Shown: positions 8,050 through 17,657, numbered from the stretch's first letter. The stretch: DNA of 64,000 nt from Lachnospiraceae bacterium (GCA_047974745.1 JBKECO010000031.1:33478-97477), one strand, 5' to 3'. Program-made: numbers and translations. The notes: generated by a model not told the origin, from the letters alone.

Positions 8050-9465
8050 TTACAGGGAGTTTCCAACCGCTTCTTTCGCCAGTCTGTCCGCCACTTCATT
8101 TCCCTCCACGCCGGCATGTCCCTTTACTTTAACAAACCTGATATTAATCTTTTGCATCGCTTCCTGCATAAAGGAATAGTATTGCTTTGTTCCCTCTTTA
8201 TTCCTCTTCCATCTGCCTGCGGCCCACTCTTCAATTCCCAGATAATCATAATAGATCGTCAGATCAGAAAGGCCAAGCTCGATCGCTTTTTCTACCGCTG
8301 CCATACTTGCGCATATTTCACCTGCAACATTGCGCATCGTGGCCATTTCTTCATCCTGTCCTGATCCCTGTAGGGTCTCTCGGATTCCATCATGAACTAG
8401 AATCCCACCATAACCATATATTTTATTCTTTGCATGATAGGAACCATCTACAAAGGCATAATTTATAGGATAGGTCTCTGCTGCCTCTTCCTTATGCTCA
8501 TCTGCAGGGATATCTGCCTCTAGGATTAGCTTATGCAGTACTGCTGCAGATTTCTGCAATTTGATTTGTTCTTCTTCATTCAGCGAAATCGGAACTTTTT
8601 TCTCCATTCCCCGTTTTCCAATGATCGCCGGAAGACTTAGCACAACATCCTCAATACCATATTCACCATGCATCAGTCCCGAAACAGGAAGAATCGACTT
8701 TTCATCCCTCATGATGGCTTCACAAATGCGCTTTACCGCCATTGCGATTCCATAATAGGTCGCATGTTTTTTCGAAATAATATCATAGGCACTGTTCTTT
8801 ACTGTGGATGCGATCAGATCCGTTGCCTCATCGTGTTCGAAGAAACCTCTCATCTCGCAAAAATCATCCAGTTTGATGCCGGACACATTTGCGCTGCTCC
8901 AGGCAGCGATCTCACTATCGCCATGTTCACCGATGATAAAAGCATGGACGCTCCTGCTGTCAACCTTGAGTCGCTCTCCCAAAGCATATTTTAACCTTGC
9001 AGTATCAAGAACGGTGCCTGAACCTATTACTCTCTCTTCCGGAAAGCCACTTAGTTTAAGCGCTACGTAAGTGAGTATATCCACAGGATTTGAAACGATT
9101 AGTAAAATACCTGCGCAATCTCTTTTCTTGATCTCAGGTATAATGCTTTTGAAAATAGAAATATTCTTATATACAAGATCCAGTCTGGTTTCTTCCGGTT
9201 TCTGATTTGCACCAGCGGTAATGACAATGATCGCTGCATCAGCAATATCATCATAACTGCCGGCATAGATCTGCATCGGGCGGGCAAACGGGATTCCATG
9301 GCTTATATCAAGAGCTTCACCGATCGCTCTGTTTTCATCTGCATCGATGAGAACCATTTCAGAGAACATTCCACTCTGCATCAGACTGAAGGCAGACGCA
9401 GAACCCACGAACCCACAGCCAATGATAGCAACCTTTCTTAAATTAATATGCTTTTCCTTATTCAT
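8050..9465 (-). CDS. ldh: L-lactate dehydrogenase fused in frame to a C-terminal RNase H (type 1)-like domain
   Basis: Start trimmed to the ATG at 9465, with AGGAGG 8 nt upstream. The first ~310 aa are LDH (IIGCGFVGSA, GEHGDSE). After a short linker comes an RNase H-like domain (AFVDGSY..., NVAGEI, YYDY, KVKGHAGVEGNEVADRLAKEA). There is no stop codon between the two parts. Confidence 0.8.
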   Translation of the reverse strand: MNKEKHINLRKVAIIGCGFVGSASAFSLMQSGMFSEMVLIDADENRAIGEALDISHGIPFARPMQIYAGSYDDIADAAIIVITAGANQKPEETRLDLVYKNISIFKSIIPEIKKRDCAGILLIVSNPVDILTYVALKLSGFPEERVIGSGTVLDTARLKYALGERLKVDSRSVHAFIIGEHGDSEIAAWSSANVSGIKLDDFCEMRGFFEHDEATDLIASTVKNSAYDIISKKHATYYGIAMAVKRICEAIMRDEKSILPVSGLMHGEYGIEDVVLSLPAIIGKRGMEKKVPISLNEEEQIKLQKSAAVLHKLILEADIPADEHKEEAAETYPINYAFVDGSYHAKNKIYGYGGILVHDGIRETLQGSGQDEEMATMRNVAGEICASMAAVEKAIELGLSDLTIYYDYLGIEEWAAGRWKRNKEGTKQYYSFMQEAMQKINIRFVKVKGHAGVEGNEVADRLAKEAVGNSL

Positions 9466-9503
9466 ATGTATTTCCTCCTTGTATCCGTACTTCTCATGGA
9501 TAG

Positions 9504-9533
9504 AAAAAGGGTGCACCAACTACTGGAGCACCC
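9504..9533 (-). terminator. Intrinsic terminator downstream of desulfoferrodoxin
   Basis: Minus strand reads GGGTGC, a 13-nt loop, GCACCC, then TTTTT. Confidence 0.6.
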
Positions 9534-9552
9534 AAAATCATCTGATTTTTCT

Positions 9553-9927
9553 CTATGATACTGATTTCCATAAACCGTGAAGGTTACAGTGTTCATAAGC
9601 AGCGATCAGTTCATCTGAATCTGTCAGAACAAATACTGCGACCGGTTCTTCACCTGGACTTAATGCTTTTCTTTGAACGCCCTCTTTCGTCTCGATTGAA
9701 ATAAATTCAATATGATGTTCTTCGAGCATTGGATGAGCTACTTCCCCGACTTTGACTGTAACTGTGCTTCCATCTACTTCTACTACTGGTACATGCTTTT
9801 CCGTTGCTGCATCCGTTGTACCTGGAATCAGTTCTTTCATTGGTTGTCCACAACAGACAAGAGTGCTTTGAGAATCTTTTACAATTTCCACCATTCTTCC
9901 ACATAGTTCGCATTTGTAATACGTCAT
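9553..9927 (-). CDS. dfx: Desulfoferrodoxin (2Fe superoxide reductase)
   Basis: 124 aa with the N-terminal desulforedoxin motif CELCG...CCG, a neelaredoxin-like C-domain (KHVP..., HPM, EHCNLHGLW), and an AGGAGG RBS. Confidence 0.9.
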   Translation of the reverse strand: MTYYKCELCGRMVEIVKDSQSTLVCCGQPMKELIPGTTDAATEKHVPVVEVDGSTVTVKVGEVAHPMLEEHHIEFISIETKEGVQRKALSPGEEPVAVFVLTDSDELIAAYEHCNLHGLWKSVS

Positions 9928-10032
9928 TTTTTTCCTCCTTGTCCTTAATCCTATATTTTTACGTTTGGGTCAAAGTATTTTGCTTTATTATATCAGTAAG
10001 CATTTTGAAAAACAACTACCTGATGCAGACAT

Positions 10033-10061
10033 TTGAAACCTTTTTTTGAATATGTTATACT
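10033..10061 (+). promoter_or_regulatory. Candidate sigma-A promoter for the DtxR-like regulator gene
   Basis: TTGAAA, a 17-nt spacer, then TATACT, with a TGn extended -10. Confidence 0.4.
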
Positions 10062-10103
10062 AACAACAGTTTGATATAACTCACAAAATATGAGGTGAAT
10101 CTT

Positions 10104-10481
10104 ATGAACCATATTAATGAATCCGCAGAGAATTATCTTGAGACGATTCTCCTGCTCAGCAAACAGCTGCCGGTTGTTCGTTCCGTCGATATCGCCAATG
10201 AATTAGGGTTCAAAAAATCCAGCGTTAGTATCGCTATGAAAAATCTTCGAGAGAAAGAGCATATTACGGTTACCAATACAGGATTTATATATCTGACAGA
10301 GAAAGGTCTAGCGATTGCGGAGATGATTTATGATCGCCATCAGGTGCTCTCATCGATGTTGATACGTCTTGGTGTCAATCAGGAAACAGCACTGGATGAT
10401 GCATGCAGAATAGAACATCTGATCAGCCAGGAAAGCTTTGATGCGATAAAAAAATACATGAAACAAATCAGCAGTATCTGA
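10104..10481 (+). CDS. DtxR/MntR-family metal-dependent transcriptional regulator (no SH3-like domain)
   Basis: The ATG at 10104 lies 6 nt after GAGGTG. The N-terminus ESAENYLETILLL and the wHTH SVDIANELGFKKSSVSIAMKNL are typical of the family. Confidence 0.8.
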   Translation: MNHINESAENYLETILLLSKQLPVVRSVDIANELGFKKSSVSIAMKNLREKEHITVTNTGFIYLTEKGLAIAEMIYDRHQVLSSMLIRLGVNQETALDDACRIEHLISQESFDAIKKYMKQISSI

Positions 10482-10523
10482 ATATCAGGCAATTCCTCAG
10501 ATCTGTTTACACGAGGATAATAC

Positions 10524-11417
10524 ATGCGTAAAATTTTAATTGTCGACGACAATCGACTAAATCTAAAGATCCTGGAAGACATCCTTTTGGAAGAAGGCTA
10601 TGAAATACACTGCCTGTCCGACAGTACTCAGGTAGTAGACACGGTCACGAGCTTATTACCAGATGCGATTTTTTTAGATCTTATTATGCCAGGTCTGGAT
10701 GGGTTCTGTGTCTGTGACCTTCTTCAAAATCAAGAGGAGTTACAAAACATCCCCATTATCATCATGACTTCCCTATCTGGCACAGGTTCTCTGGATAAAG
10801 CTTTTGAAAAGGGTGCTTTCGACTTTATCAGAAAGCCTTTTGACAAGGTAGAGGTACAGGCCAGGCTAAAGTCTGCATTGCGTTATTATGACCAGCATAG
10901 GATCCTTGAACACTTGGCAATGCGTGATGGTCTTACCAATCTTTATAACCACAGATACAGTATGGAATATTTGAGAAAAGAGTGCTTTCTCGCCAAAGAA
11001 AATGGGTATCCTATCGCATTTATGATGTTAGATATTGATTACTTTAAGTCTGTCAATGATACCTTTGGTCACAAAGCAGGAGATCTGATATTAAAAGAGG
11101 TCAGCAAGCTCTTGCAGGAAATCGTTGACTGTGATGGTTTAGTGGGGAGATACGGAGGGGAGGAATTTAGTGTTACACTAAATGACTGGCCATTGCCAAA
11201 TGTTCTCGAGCTTGCCGAGAAGCTGCGCAGACAGATTGAAGATCATATCTTCTGGGTCTCTGAAGAAATCAAAATCACGATCACATTGAGCATCGGTATA
11301 TCGTATTCAGAGACAGATGTAGGTAAACGAGCTGGTCTGCTGGTCGAAAAAGCGGATCATGGGTTATACAAAGCAAAAGATACAGGCAGAAACAGAGTCA
11401 TACATCAGATTCTCTGA
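10524..11417 (+). CDS. Response regulator with receiver domain plus GGDEF output (PleD-like, single receiver)
   Basis: 297 aa. The receiver domain has ILIVDD and DLIMPGLDG. The GGDEF domain has RYGGEEF. Confidence 0.88.
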   Translation: MRKILIVDDNRLNLKILEDILLEEGYEIHCLSDSTQVVDTVTSLLPDAIFLDLIMPGLDGFCVCDLLQNQEELQNIPIIIMTSLSGTGSLDKAFEKGAFDFIRKPFDKVEVQARLKSALRYYDQHRILEHLAMRDGLTNLYNHRYSMEYLRKECFLAKENGYPIAFMMLDIDYFKSVNDTFGHKAGDLILKEVSKLLQEIVDCDGLVGRYGGEEFSVTLNDWPLPNVLELAEKLRRQIEDHIFWVSEEIKITITLSIGISYSETDVGKRAGLLVEKADHGLYKAKDTGRNRVIHQIL

Positions 11418-11440
11418 TGGACATTCTCAGTTTCTGGTCA

Positions 11441-11483
11441 AAAAAATTGTCTCTGACTCCATCGGGAGGAAGAGACAATTTTT
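11441..11483. terminator. Bidirectional intrinsic terminator
   Basis: 12-bp stem aaaattgtctct / agagacaatttt with an inner ctcc/ggag extension. A-run and T-run flank it, between convergent genes. Confidence 0.7.
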
Positions 11484-11530
11484 AGTAGATCAGACCATAG
11501 TTCATAGTTCTCTATTTTATTATTTCCTAA

Positions 11531-11953
11531 TTACAGTCTTTCAGGATTATCAATGAGAAAAATGTATTCTGCAACTGATCTGTCAAATGTTTTGATATGA
11601 TGGAAGAGCCAGTCCACAACATCTTTCTCCACCTGCTGTACAAATTCTTCTGTCGGTCCTTCTGATTCTAAAAGCAGAATATTGAGATCCTGCAGAGTAT
11701 TTTTGAACTCTTTGTGCTTTTCTTTATGATGTGCGATCTCCGGATAACTAACTTCTGCCTGCAATTTCTCTTCTTCCGCAAAGTGATAGTCCGTGTATTC
11801 TAATAAAAAGTCAAGCATTTTTATTGATTTTACCTTGGCATTGCCCTCTTCACAGCTCTCAACGAACTGAGCGATTCTGTCGATCAACTCTCTGTGTTGA
11901 TCATCGATCATATGATTCCCCGTTATCAGATTATCATCAAATTCTATTTTCAT
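11531..11953 (-). CDS. Bacteriohemerythrin-family protein
   Basis: The ATG at 11953 follows a GGTGG RBS. Hemerythrin His/Glu ligand pattern is present (IDDQHRELI, YTDYHFAEEE, HHKEKH, LFHHIKTFD). Confidence 0.85.
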   Translation of the reverse strand: MKIEFDDNLITGNHMIDDQHRELIDRIAQFVESCEEGNAKVKSIKMLDFLLEYTDYHFAEEEKLQAEVSYPEIAHHKEKHKEFKNTLQDLNILLLESEGPTEEFVQQVEKDVVDWLFHHIKTFDRSVAEYIFLIDNPERL

Positions 11954-12136
11954 TTTATAGTCCACCTTTCTGCAAATGTATTGTTTTAATTATACATGCT
12001 GCAGCGGGAAAATTCACCCTTTTTTTGAAATGCTCCGACTCTTTTGTGATATAATCACAGTATTAGAATTGAAATTTGGTATACTTGACATATAAAACAT
12101 GTGCACGAAACATTTTCAGTCCGCAGGAGGATACTT

Positions 12137-12457
12137 ATGTTCAATTTATTTAATACGAAAAAAAATGTAATTAATGTCAATGATCTTGATCCATTACTTG
12201 GAAAAATAGAATTGATCGATATACGTGAACCCTCAGAGGTCAGCAACGGAACTCTCCTTACCGCAAAAAATATTCCAATGAACTCACTGATGAATAACCC
12301 CGGAAAATATCTGATCAAGGATAAGACCTACTATATCATGTGCCAGTCCGGTGGCAGAAGCTCACGAACCACGTCTTTTTTGGAAAAGCAGGGTTATAAT
12401 GTCATCAATGTTTCAGGCGGAATGGGTTCTTATGCCGGAAATAAAATCAAAAAATAG
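12137..12457 (+). CDS. Single-domain rhodanese-like sulfurtransferase
   Basis: The ATG at 12137 follows AGGAGG. The active-site loop is CQSGGRS. Confidence 0.8.
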   Translation: MFNLFNTKKNVINVNDLDPLLGKIELIDIREPSEVSNGTLLTAKNIPMNSLMNNPGKYLIKDKTYYIMCQSGGRSSRTTSFLEKQGYNVINVSGGMGSYAGNKIKK

Positions 12458-12485
12458 GATTCTATCTTTCTTTAGCGATCTTTCT

Positions 12486-14182
12486 TTATGCCAGTTTGAA
12501 GAACTCGATCATTGCATCGAGTTTTTCCGAGCTGACTTCATTTTCCTGAGCTCGCTCCAGGATCTCGTTAGCCTGTGTTGCAATATCTGCTATTCTCATG
12601 GCAATCTCCGTTGTTCCTGTCGCACCTTCTGATGCAGCCTCAGTAATTTCATCGATGGCGATTCTCAGCTGATGAATCGATTCGTAAAGCTGTTCTGCCA
12701 CTTCATTGATTCCTGATACCACCTCTCCGACTTCCTGCGCATCATTATAATACTGAGAACTAGTCTCAACGAGCTTTTCGTAATCGCCTAGAATTCTTGT
12801 ATCCATGAATTTTAAAAGTGTACCGGAATCTTCAACAACACCCTCTACTGCTTCCGAAACATTCATTGTGATATCATTGATTCTGGAAACTGCGTTTTTG
12901 GAATTTTCTGCAAGTACCCTGATTTCATCTGCCACCACCGCAGACCTTTTCCTGCTTCACCTGCCCTTGCTGCTTCAATCGCTGCATTCAGTGCCAGAAG
13001 ATTTGTCTGTGATGTAATCTGCAGTATTGTCTGCGACAATTCCCTGATTTCCTCGATTGCTCTGGTTCTTTCAATGGATTCTCGCAGCTTTAGATTTGTA
13101 TCGTGATATATTTTTGTCGCCTGTTCTCTTGCAATGGTCGTTTCTGATTTTAATTTTTCGGCTCTCTCCCGAATCTCCTCTGACAGCTTTGCTCCGCTCT
13201 CAGTCTGCTTTTGCATCAGAGAAACCTCTTCCTCCATCTCTATTGTTGATGCATTCATCTCTTGGGTCGAAGCCGACATTTCTTCCATCGCCGCAGAAAG
13301 CTCTTCTGTAGTGGATGAGATATCCTCAACTCCAAGATGCAGTTGTGAAATGCGTTTTACTGCCTTTTCTGAGGTTCCTCTGACAGCAGCAGATTCCGAC
13401 TGTATTCCGCTGATCGTACTAGATATTTTTTGCTGCATATCCTGCGTGGATCTGACGATCTCTCCAATTTCATCCTTGCGATCGCTTCCGCCCTGTATTA
13501 CTGAAACACGAAAATTACCGGATGAAAGTTCCTCCATTCCGCTCTGTAGCTTTTGTATCGCTCTTGCTATGGAATTTCCCAGCCAGAAAGAAATAAAAGC
13601 ACCAAGCAAAAGGATTATGATGGCAATGCCTGTGATGACTTGCATGCTTCGCATGATCTGTTTATTCACTTCGTCCATGTATTTTCCAACGAACCACATT
13701 CCAATGACTTCACCATCGCTTGAATAGATCGGTGTATAGTAGGTCTGTGCTTTTTTTCCTAGGATATCAGCCGTTCCCTGATATTCTTCTCCTTTTCCAA
13801 GAACCGTTTCAATGACAACATCTGAAGCCTGGGTGCCTACCTGACGCTCTCCATTATCATCTACAACATTTGTTGAAATCCTGGTATCCCCCATAAAAAT
13901 CGTTGCCAGGATCGTTGTTCCATCTGTTATTTCATCGATCACTTCGAAATTATCGTTGATAAGGGCCTCCCCCTTATACATCTGCCCCTCTACGATTGAC
14001 CAGTCTCCTTCATAGGTACTATCGATTAACTCGCTCCCCAGCTTCAGATAGTTATGCAGTGACTCACTCGTATCAGCCTTAACTAATGCGGATACCTGTG
14101 TATAGGTAATCGCTAGAATTGACATTACGAGCACAGAAATTACACTGACCGAGGTCAGCACTATTTTCCACTTTATTTTCAT
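12486..14182 (-). pseudogene. Methyl-accepting chemotaxis protein (Cache-type sensor, HAMP, MA domain) disrupted by a 1-nt frameshift
   Basis: Two overlapping ORFs (12863..14182 and 12486..12938) split the invariant signalling hairpin. The first ends ...LALNAAIEAARAGEAGKG and then runs out of frame. The second resumes (A)VVADEIRVLAENSK in the adjacent frame. Confidence 0.75.
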
Positions 14183-14213
14183 CTAAATCCTCCGGATAAT
14201 TATGATGCAGCAA

Positions 14214-14567
14214 TTAAGAGTAGAGGCTTAATCCGACAAGTGCACATCCTTCGAAAAAAGGTATGTCTCTTTTTTCAAGTAGCTCGGTGATCTCGGAGCT
14301 TTCAGCACCAGGTTGAATCAGAACACATTTGCATTCTTTCTTTAATTCCTGTAGCAGCTTTAGCCCTTTTGCAGGATGAATGCACAGATCAATGATATCG
14401 ATAGGACTTTCTGTGTCATTGATAGACTCAAGCTCCTTGCCAACTGCTTCCACATGATATCCTGCATCGATAAGACGATGTTTGATCCGATAGGCGTATT
14501 TTGTTTCATTCAAAGTATCACCTACTACTACGAAATTGTGCTGCTTCATGATCTCTTCCAGTGTCAT
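14214..14567 (-). CDS. CoA-binding domain protein (YccU-like)
   Basis: The ATG at 14567 is preceded by GGAGGA. It has a Rossmann-like NFVVVGDTLNETKYAY and LIQPGAES. Confidence 0.7.
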   Translation of the reverse strand: MTLEEIMKQHNFVVVGDTLNETKYAYRIKHRLIDAGYHVEAVGKELESINDTESPIDIIDLCIHPAKGLKLLQELKKECKCVLIQPGAESSEITELLEKRDIPFFEGCALVGLSLYS

Positions 14568-14715
14568 TCGCTTCCTCCATTCTTCTCTTAACTGCAAATC
14601 CGCATGCAGCGGTGATGTCAGTTTCTGCAAATGATCAAGACCAATGTCCCTCTCATATCCTTCATGATTTGGCATCGTTTGATTCATTTGTACTTTAACT
14701 ATCGGGTGATTTCGT

Positions 14716-15906
14716 TCAAAGCATTAGGTCATTCAAAACAAAATTTTCCTCAATTCTTACAGTCCCAAAGGAAATACTCTGCAGAGTCTCATTTAATGTG
14801 TTCTGCTGTTGTTCGTCCATAAGAATTGTCGTTGCATTCGTAGCTTTTGCCGGAAGTATTTCTGCTGATGAGCTGCCTTTTTGATCAACAGTGATCTCCA
14901 GCAGCATGGTACTTTCAATTGTACTGTTAAAAATAAAATTTCCCAAGCTATAGAAAATAGGTTTCCCTTCGTAATACTCGATTCCCTGCAGAACATGGGG
15001 ATGAGCACCGATTACCAGATCTGCTCCGGCATCGATATAACTGTGTGCAAGTTCTGTCTGATATGCCTGGGGCTGGGTTTCCCGTTCAATTCCCCAGTGT
15101 ACAAAAACCGTCAGATGATCGCATTTCGTCACGGCCTGCTCGATCGACTCGACCAGTGCTGTTTTATCATAGGTCGAGAACACCCCCGGTACCTGATTCT
15201 CAGCATTCCAGGAAACTACTGGCAATACTCGGGAAGCGGCCAGAAAGCCAAATACTGTTCCATTTTTTTCAACAGTAATCAATTCTCTTGCTCTCTCATA
15301 GGTACTGCCTGCACCAGCATACAAGATGCCCTCCTCATCCAGTGCGGCGAAGTTCTCCTCTAAAACGACCGTACCGTAATCCAGGACGTGATTGTTCGCA
15401 AGACTTACAATATCCACACTTAGATCCTGCAATAACGAGGTATATGCGGGATCGACACGAAAGGTATATTGCTTATCGGGTGCTTTCTCTCCTTTCGTAC
15501 CAAAGGGGAACTCCTGATTGACCATTACGATATCCGCAGTCTGAAGACGAGAAAGTATTTCCTCCGAAACGACGCCTTGAATGCCTTGTGAATCATAATT
15601 GTCCAAAACATAAGGACTCAGATAGACATCTCCGCCAAAAATCAATGTCGTAGTTGCATTTGTCACCTCTGTTGATGGCACCTGTGACAGAATGTTTTCC
15701 TCTGATTCCATCACTTCGGACTCAGTTACTGCTTCAACTATGGTCGTCTCAGTGGTTCCCTCATCAGAATCAGCACTATTTTTTACACCAGATACATTTG
15801 CGATTTCCGACTCTCTGGCATCCATTGCTTCCAAATATATTGTAGATAACAAAAGAACCATACCTGTTGTGAGTATTATCACTGCTGAAATTAAAATTCT
15901 TCTCAA
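14716..15906 (-). CDS. CapA-family (PGA_cap metallophosphatase-like) membrane-anchored protein
   Basis: ORF 14716..15945. The TTG at 15906 is preferred because AAGGAG lies 6 nt upstream. It has a TM anchor and a CapA-like core (GGDVYL, VNQEFP, LANNHVLDYG, HWGIE, GAHPH). Confidence 0.75.
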   Translation of the reverse strand: MRRILISAVIILTTGMVLLLSTIYLEAMDARESEIANVSGVKNSADSDEGTTETTIVEAVTESEVMESEENILSQVPSTEVTNATTTLIFGGDVYLSPYVLDNYDSQGIQGVVSEEILSRLQTADIVMVNQEFPFGTKGEKAPDKQYTFRVDPAYTSLLQDLSVDIVSLANNHVLDYGTVVLEENFAALDEEGILYAGAGSTYERARELITVEKNGTVFGFLAASRVLPVVSWNAENQVPGVFSTYDKTALVESIEQAVTKCDHLTVFVHWGIERETQPQAYQTELAHSYIDAGADLVIGAHPHVLQGIEYYEGKPIFYSLGNFIFNSTIESTMLLEITVDQKGSSSAEILPAKATNATTILMDEQQQNTLNETLQSISFGTVRIEENFVLNDLML

Positions 15907-16036
15907 AATGTACTCCTTCGAACTGGCTTGCTCGATATTCTTCAATCTGGCTATTTCGCTTATGCCAGATTTGCGGTATGCTTAGCGAAGCAACATCGTT
16001 TGATACCTACATTACAATTTAACATGAGGTGATTTT

Positions 16037-16606
16037 ATGAAAACAAAGACACTTGTACTTTCTGCATTAATGGCTGCGTTGACCTGCGTTGCCACTATGA
16101 TCATTAAAATTCCGACCCCGACCTTCGGCTACATACATCCCGGTGATGGGTTTGTACTTTTAAGCGGAATCCTCCTTGGACCTTTCTATGGTGCACTGGC
16201 TGCCGGTATTGGTTCCATGTTCGCAGATATCTTTTCAGGTTATGCCTCCTGGGCTCCTGCTACCTTTATCATTAAGGCACTGTGTGCCGCACTGATCGGA
16301 CTCATCTATCGTAAGTTCGCAGTTGGCACTGCCATTTCCATGAAGCGAAAATATCTCATTGTGCTGTTTGGTGGCATTTTGGGCGAAGCTGTTATGGTCT
16401 TGGGTTATTTTCTCTACGAGACTGGTCTCGCTGCTTTTGCCGGAGGTACGTTCTCCGCTGCGGCACTTGCCTCCGGACTGGCTGTTTCCCTGCTCTCGAT
16501 CCCATTCAATACCGCACAGGGAATCATAGGGATTGTGATCAGTCTTCTCCTGTTTCCCATCATTATAAGAATCGATCCACTCAGATCGAATCAAGTCAGG
16601 AACTGA
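16037..16606 (+). CDS. ECF transporter S component (substrate unknown)
   Basis: 189 aa and about 6 TM helices, with GAGGTG RBS. The N-terminus LSALMAALTCVATMIIKIP is typical of the family. No ECF A or T genes are adjacent. Confidence 0.75.
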   Translation: MKTKTLVLSALMAALTCVATMIIKIPTPTFGYIHPGDGFVLLSGILLGPFYGALAAGIGSMFADIFSGYASWAPATFIIKALCAALIGLIYRKFAVGTAISMKRKYLIVLFGGILGEAVMVLGYFLYETGLAAFAGGTFSAAALASGLAVSLLSIPFNTAQGIIGIVISLLLFPIIIRIDPLRSNQVRN

Positions 16607-17634
16607 TAAGAGGTTCTGGAACGAAATTCCGTATCTGCCTTTTGGACCGGATCAGGAAACGCTTCACAATTTACTGCATTTGGATATTGCTGTGATTCAA
16701 AGCAGTAGCCACTTCTATTTCCATAGACTGCTTTGTTCTTTCCCGTGTGACTGCTGATAAAATTGCCCGCATAGAACTGCATTCCAGGGCAGTCCGTAAA
16801 AGCAATCATGTGGATACCTGTTTTTCCGCTCTTAGCCTCAGCCATGATGCGAAAGCCTTCGCCGGTGATTGCATAGTTATGATCATATCCACCGCAATAC
16901 GTAAGCTGTGGGTATGGGTCATCTATATCGAGCTCTATCGCTTTCATAACTCGAAAGTCCATAGGTGTATGTTCCACCTGGCGGATTTCACCCGTTGGTA
17001 TCAACCCGATTTCTCTGATTGGTGTAAAGGCATCTGCGTAGATCTTGACTTCCTGATCTTCGGCATTCCCAGAGTCATGACCTGACAGGTTAAAGTAAGA
17101 ATGATTTGTAAAATTGATGATGGTATTCTGATCACAAATCGCTGTATAATCAATATTTAAGGTATTATCGGAAGTCAGCTGATAGCATATTTTTGCAACT
17201 AGTCTGCCAGGAAACCCATCCTCTAAATGCTCCATAACACAAGAAAGCGTTACAGAAGTATCATATTGGCTGATTTCTTCGAGCTGAAATAGTTTCTGAT
17301 GCATACCATGAGCGCCACTATGAAGATTGTTTTCTCCATCGTTCTTTTCTAATTGAAATTCTGTATCTCCAATCTGAAATCGTGCATTCTCAATACGATT
17401 ACTGTTCCGTCCGATCATAGCACCAAAAAAGTAATTATGATCCAGATATTCCTGCGGTGTATCATATCCAAGTACGATATCCACCATTTCATCTAGTTCA
17501 TTCGGCACACGAATAGCTCTGATCACAGCGCCTAGCGTTATGATCTCGACCTCGACTCCAGCCTCTCCAATCAGTGTGAACTTATCAATAATTTGATTAT
17601 TGCTGTTTAAACCAAATATCTCCCTTTTTACCAT
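16591..17634 (-). CDS. galM: Aldose 1-epimerase (galactose mutarotase)
   Basis: 347 aa with family motifs NSNRI, NLHSG, HSYFNL and CFESQ. Confidence 0.85.
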   Translation of the reverse strand: MVKREIFGLNSNNQIIDKFTLIGEAGVEVEIITLGAVIRAIRVPNELDEMVDIVLGYDTPQEYLDHNYFFGAMIGRNSNRIENARFQIGDTEFQLEKNDGENNLHSGAHGMHQKLFQLEEISQYDTSVTLSCVMEHLEDGFPGRLVAKICYQLTSDNTLNIDYTAICDQNTIINFTNHSYFNLSGHDSGNAEDQEVKIYADAFTPIREIGLIPTGEIRQVEHTPMDFRVMKAIELDIDDPYPQLTYCGGYDHNYAITGEGFRIMAEAKSGKTGIHMIAFTDCPGMQFYAGNFISSHTGKNKAVYGNRSGYCFESQQYPNAVNCEAFPDPVQKADTEFRSRTSYQFLT

Positions 17635-17657
17635 TACGTCTCCCTCCTGTCTGTCTT

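Noticed and set aside
8038-8052. TGTGA-CATTA-TCACA inverted repeat about 155 nt upstream of the reductase gene, near a Crp/Fnr regulator gene and the ldh gene (CRP or Rex box?)
   Set aside because: The spacer is 5 nt rather than the 6 nt of CRP and Rex consensus sites. The repeat overlaps the stop codon of the upstream gene. A 5+5 dyad is weak evidence on its own.
13134-13727. 197-aa plus-strand ORF inside the chemoreceptor gene
   Set aside because: It is an antisense shadow of the coiled-coil MA domain. It is a Ser-rich repetitive translation.
15945-15970. Short hairpin tctggc-N12-gccaga upstream of the first ECF S-component gene (riboswitch?)
   Set aside because: It has only a 6-bp stem, abuts the extreme 5' end of the capA-like longest ORF, and the 90-nt spacer is too short for known ECF-associated riboswitches.
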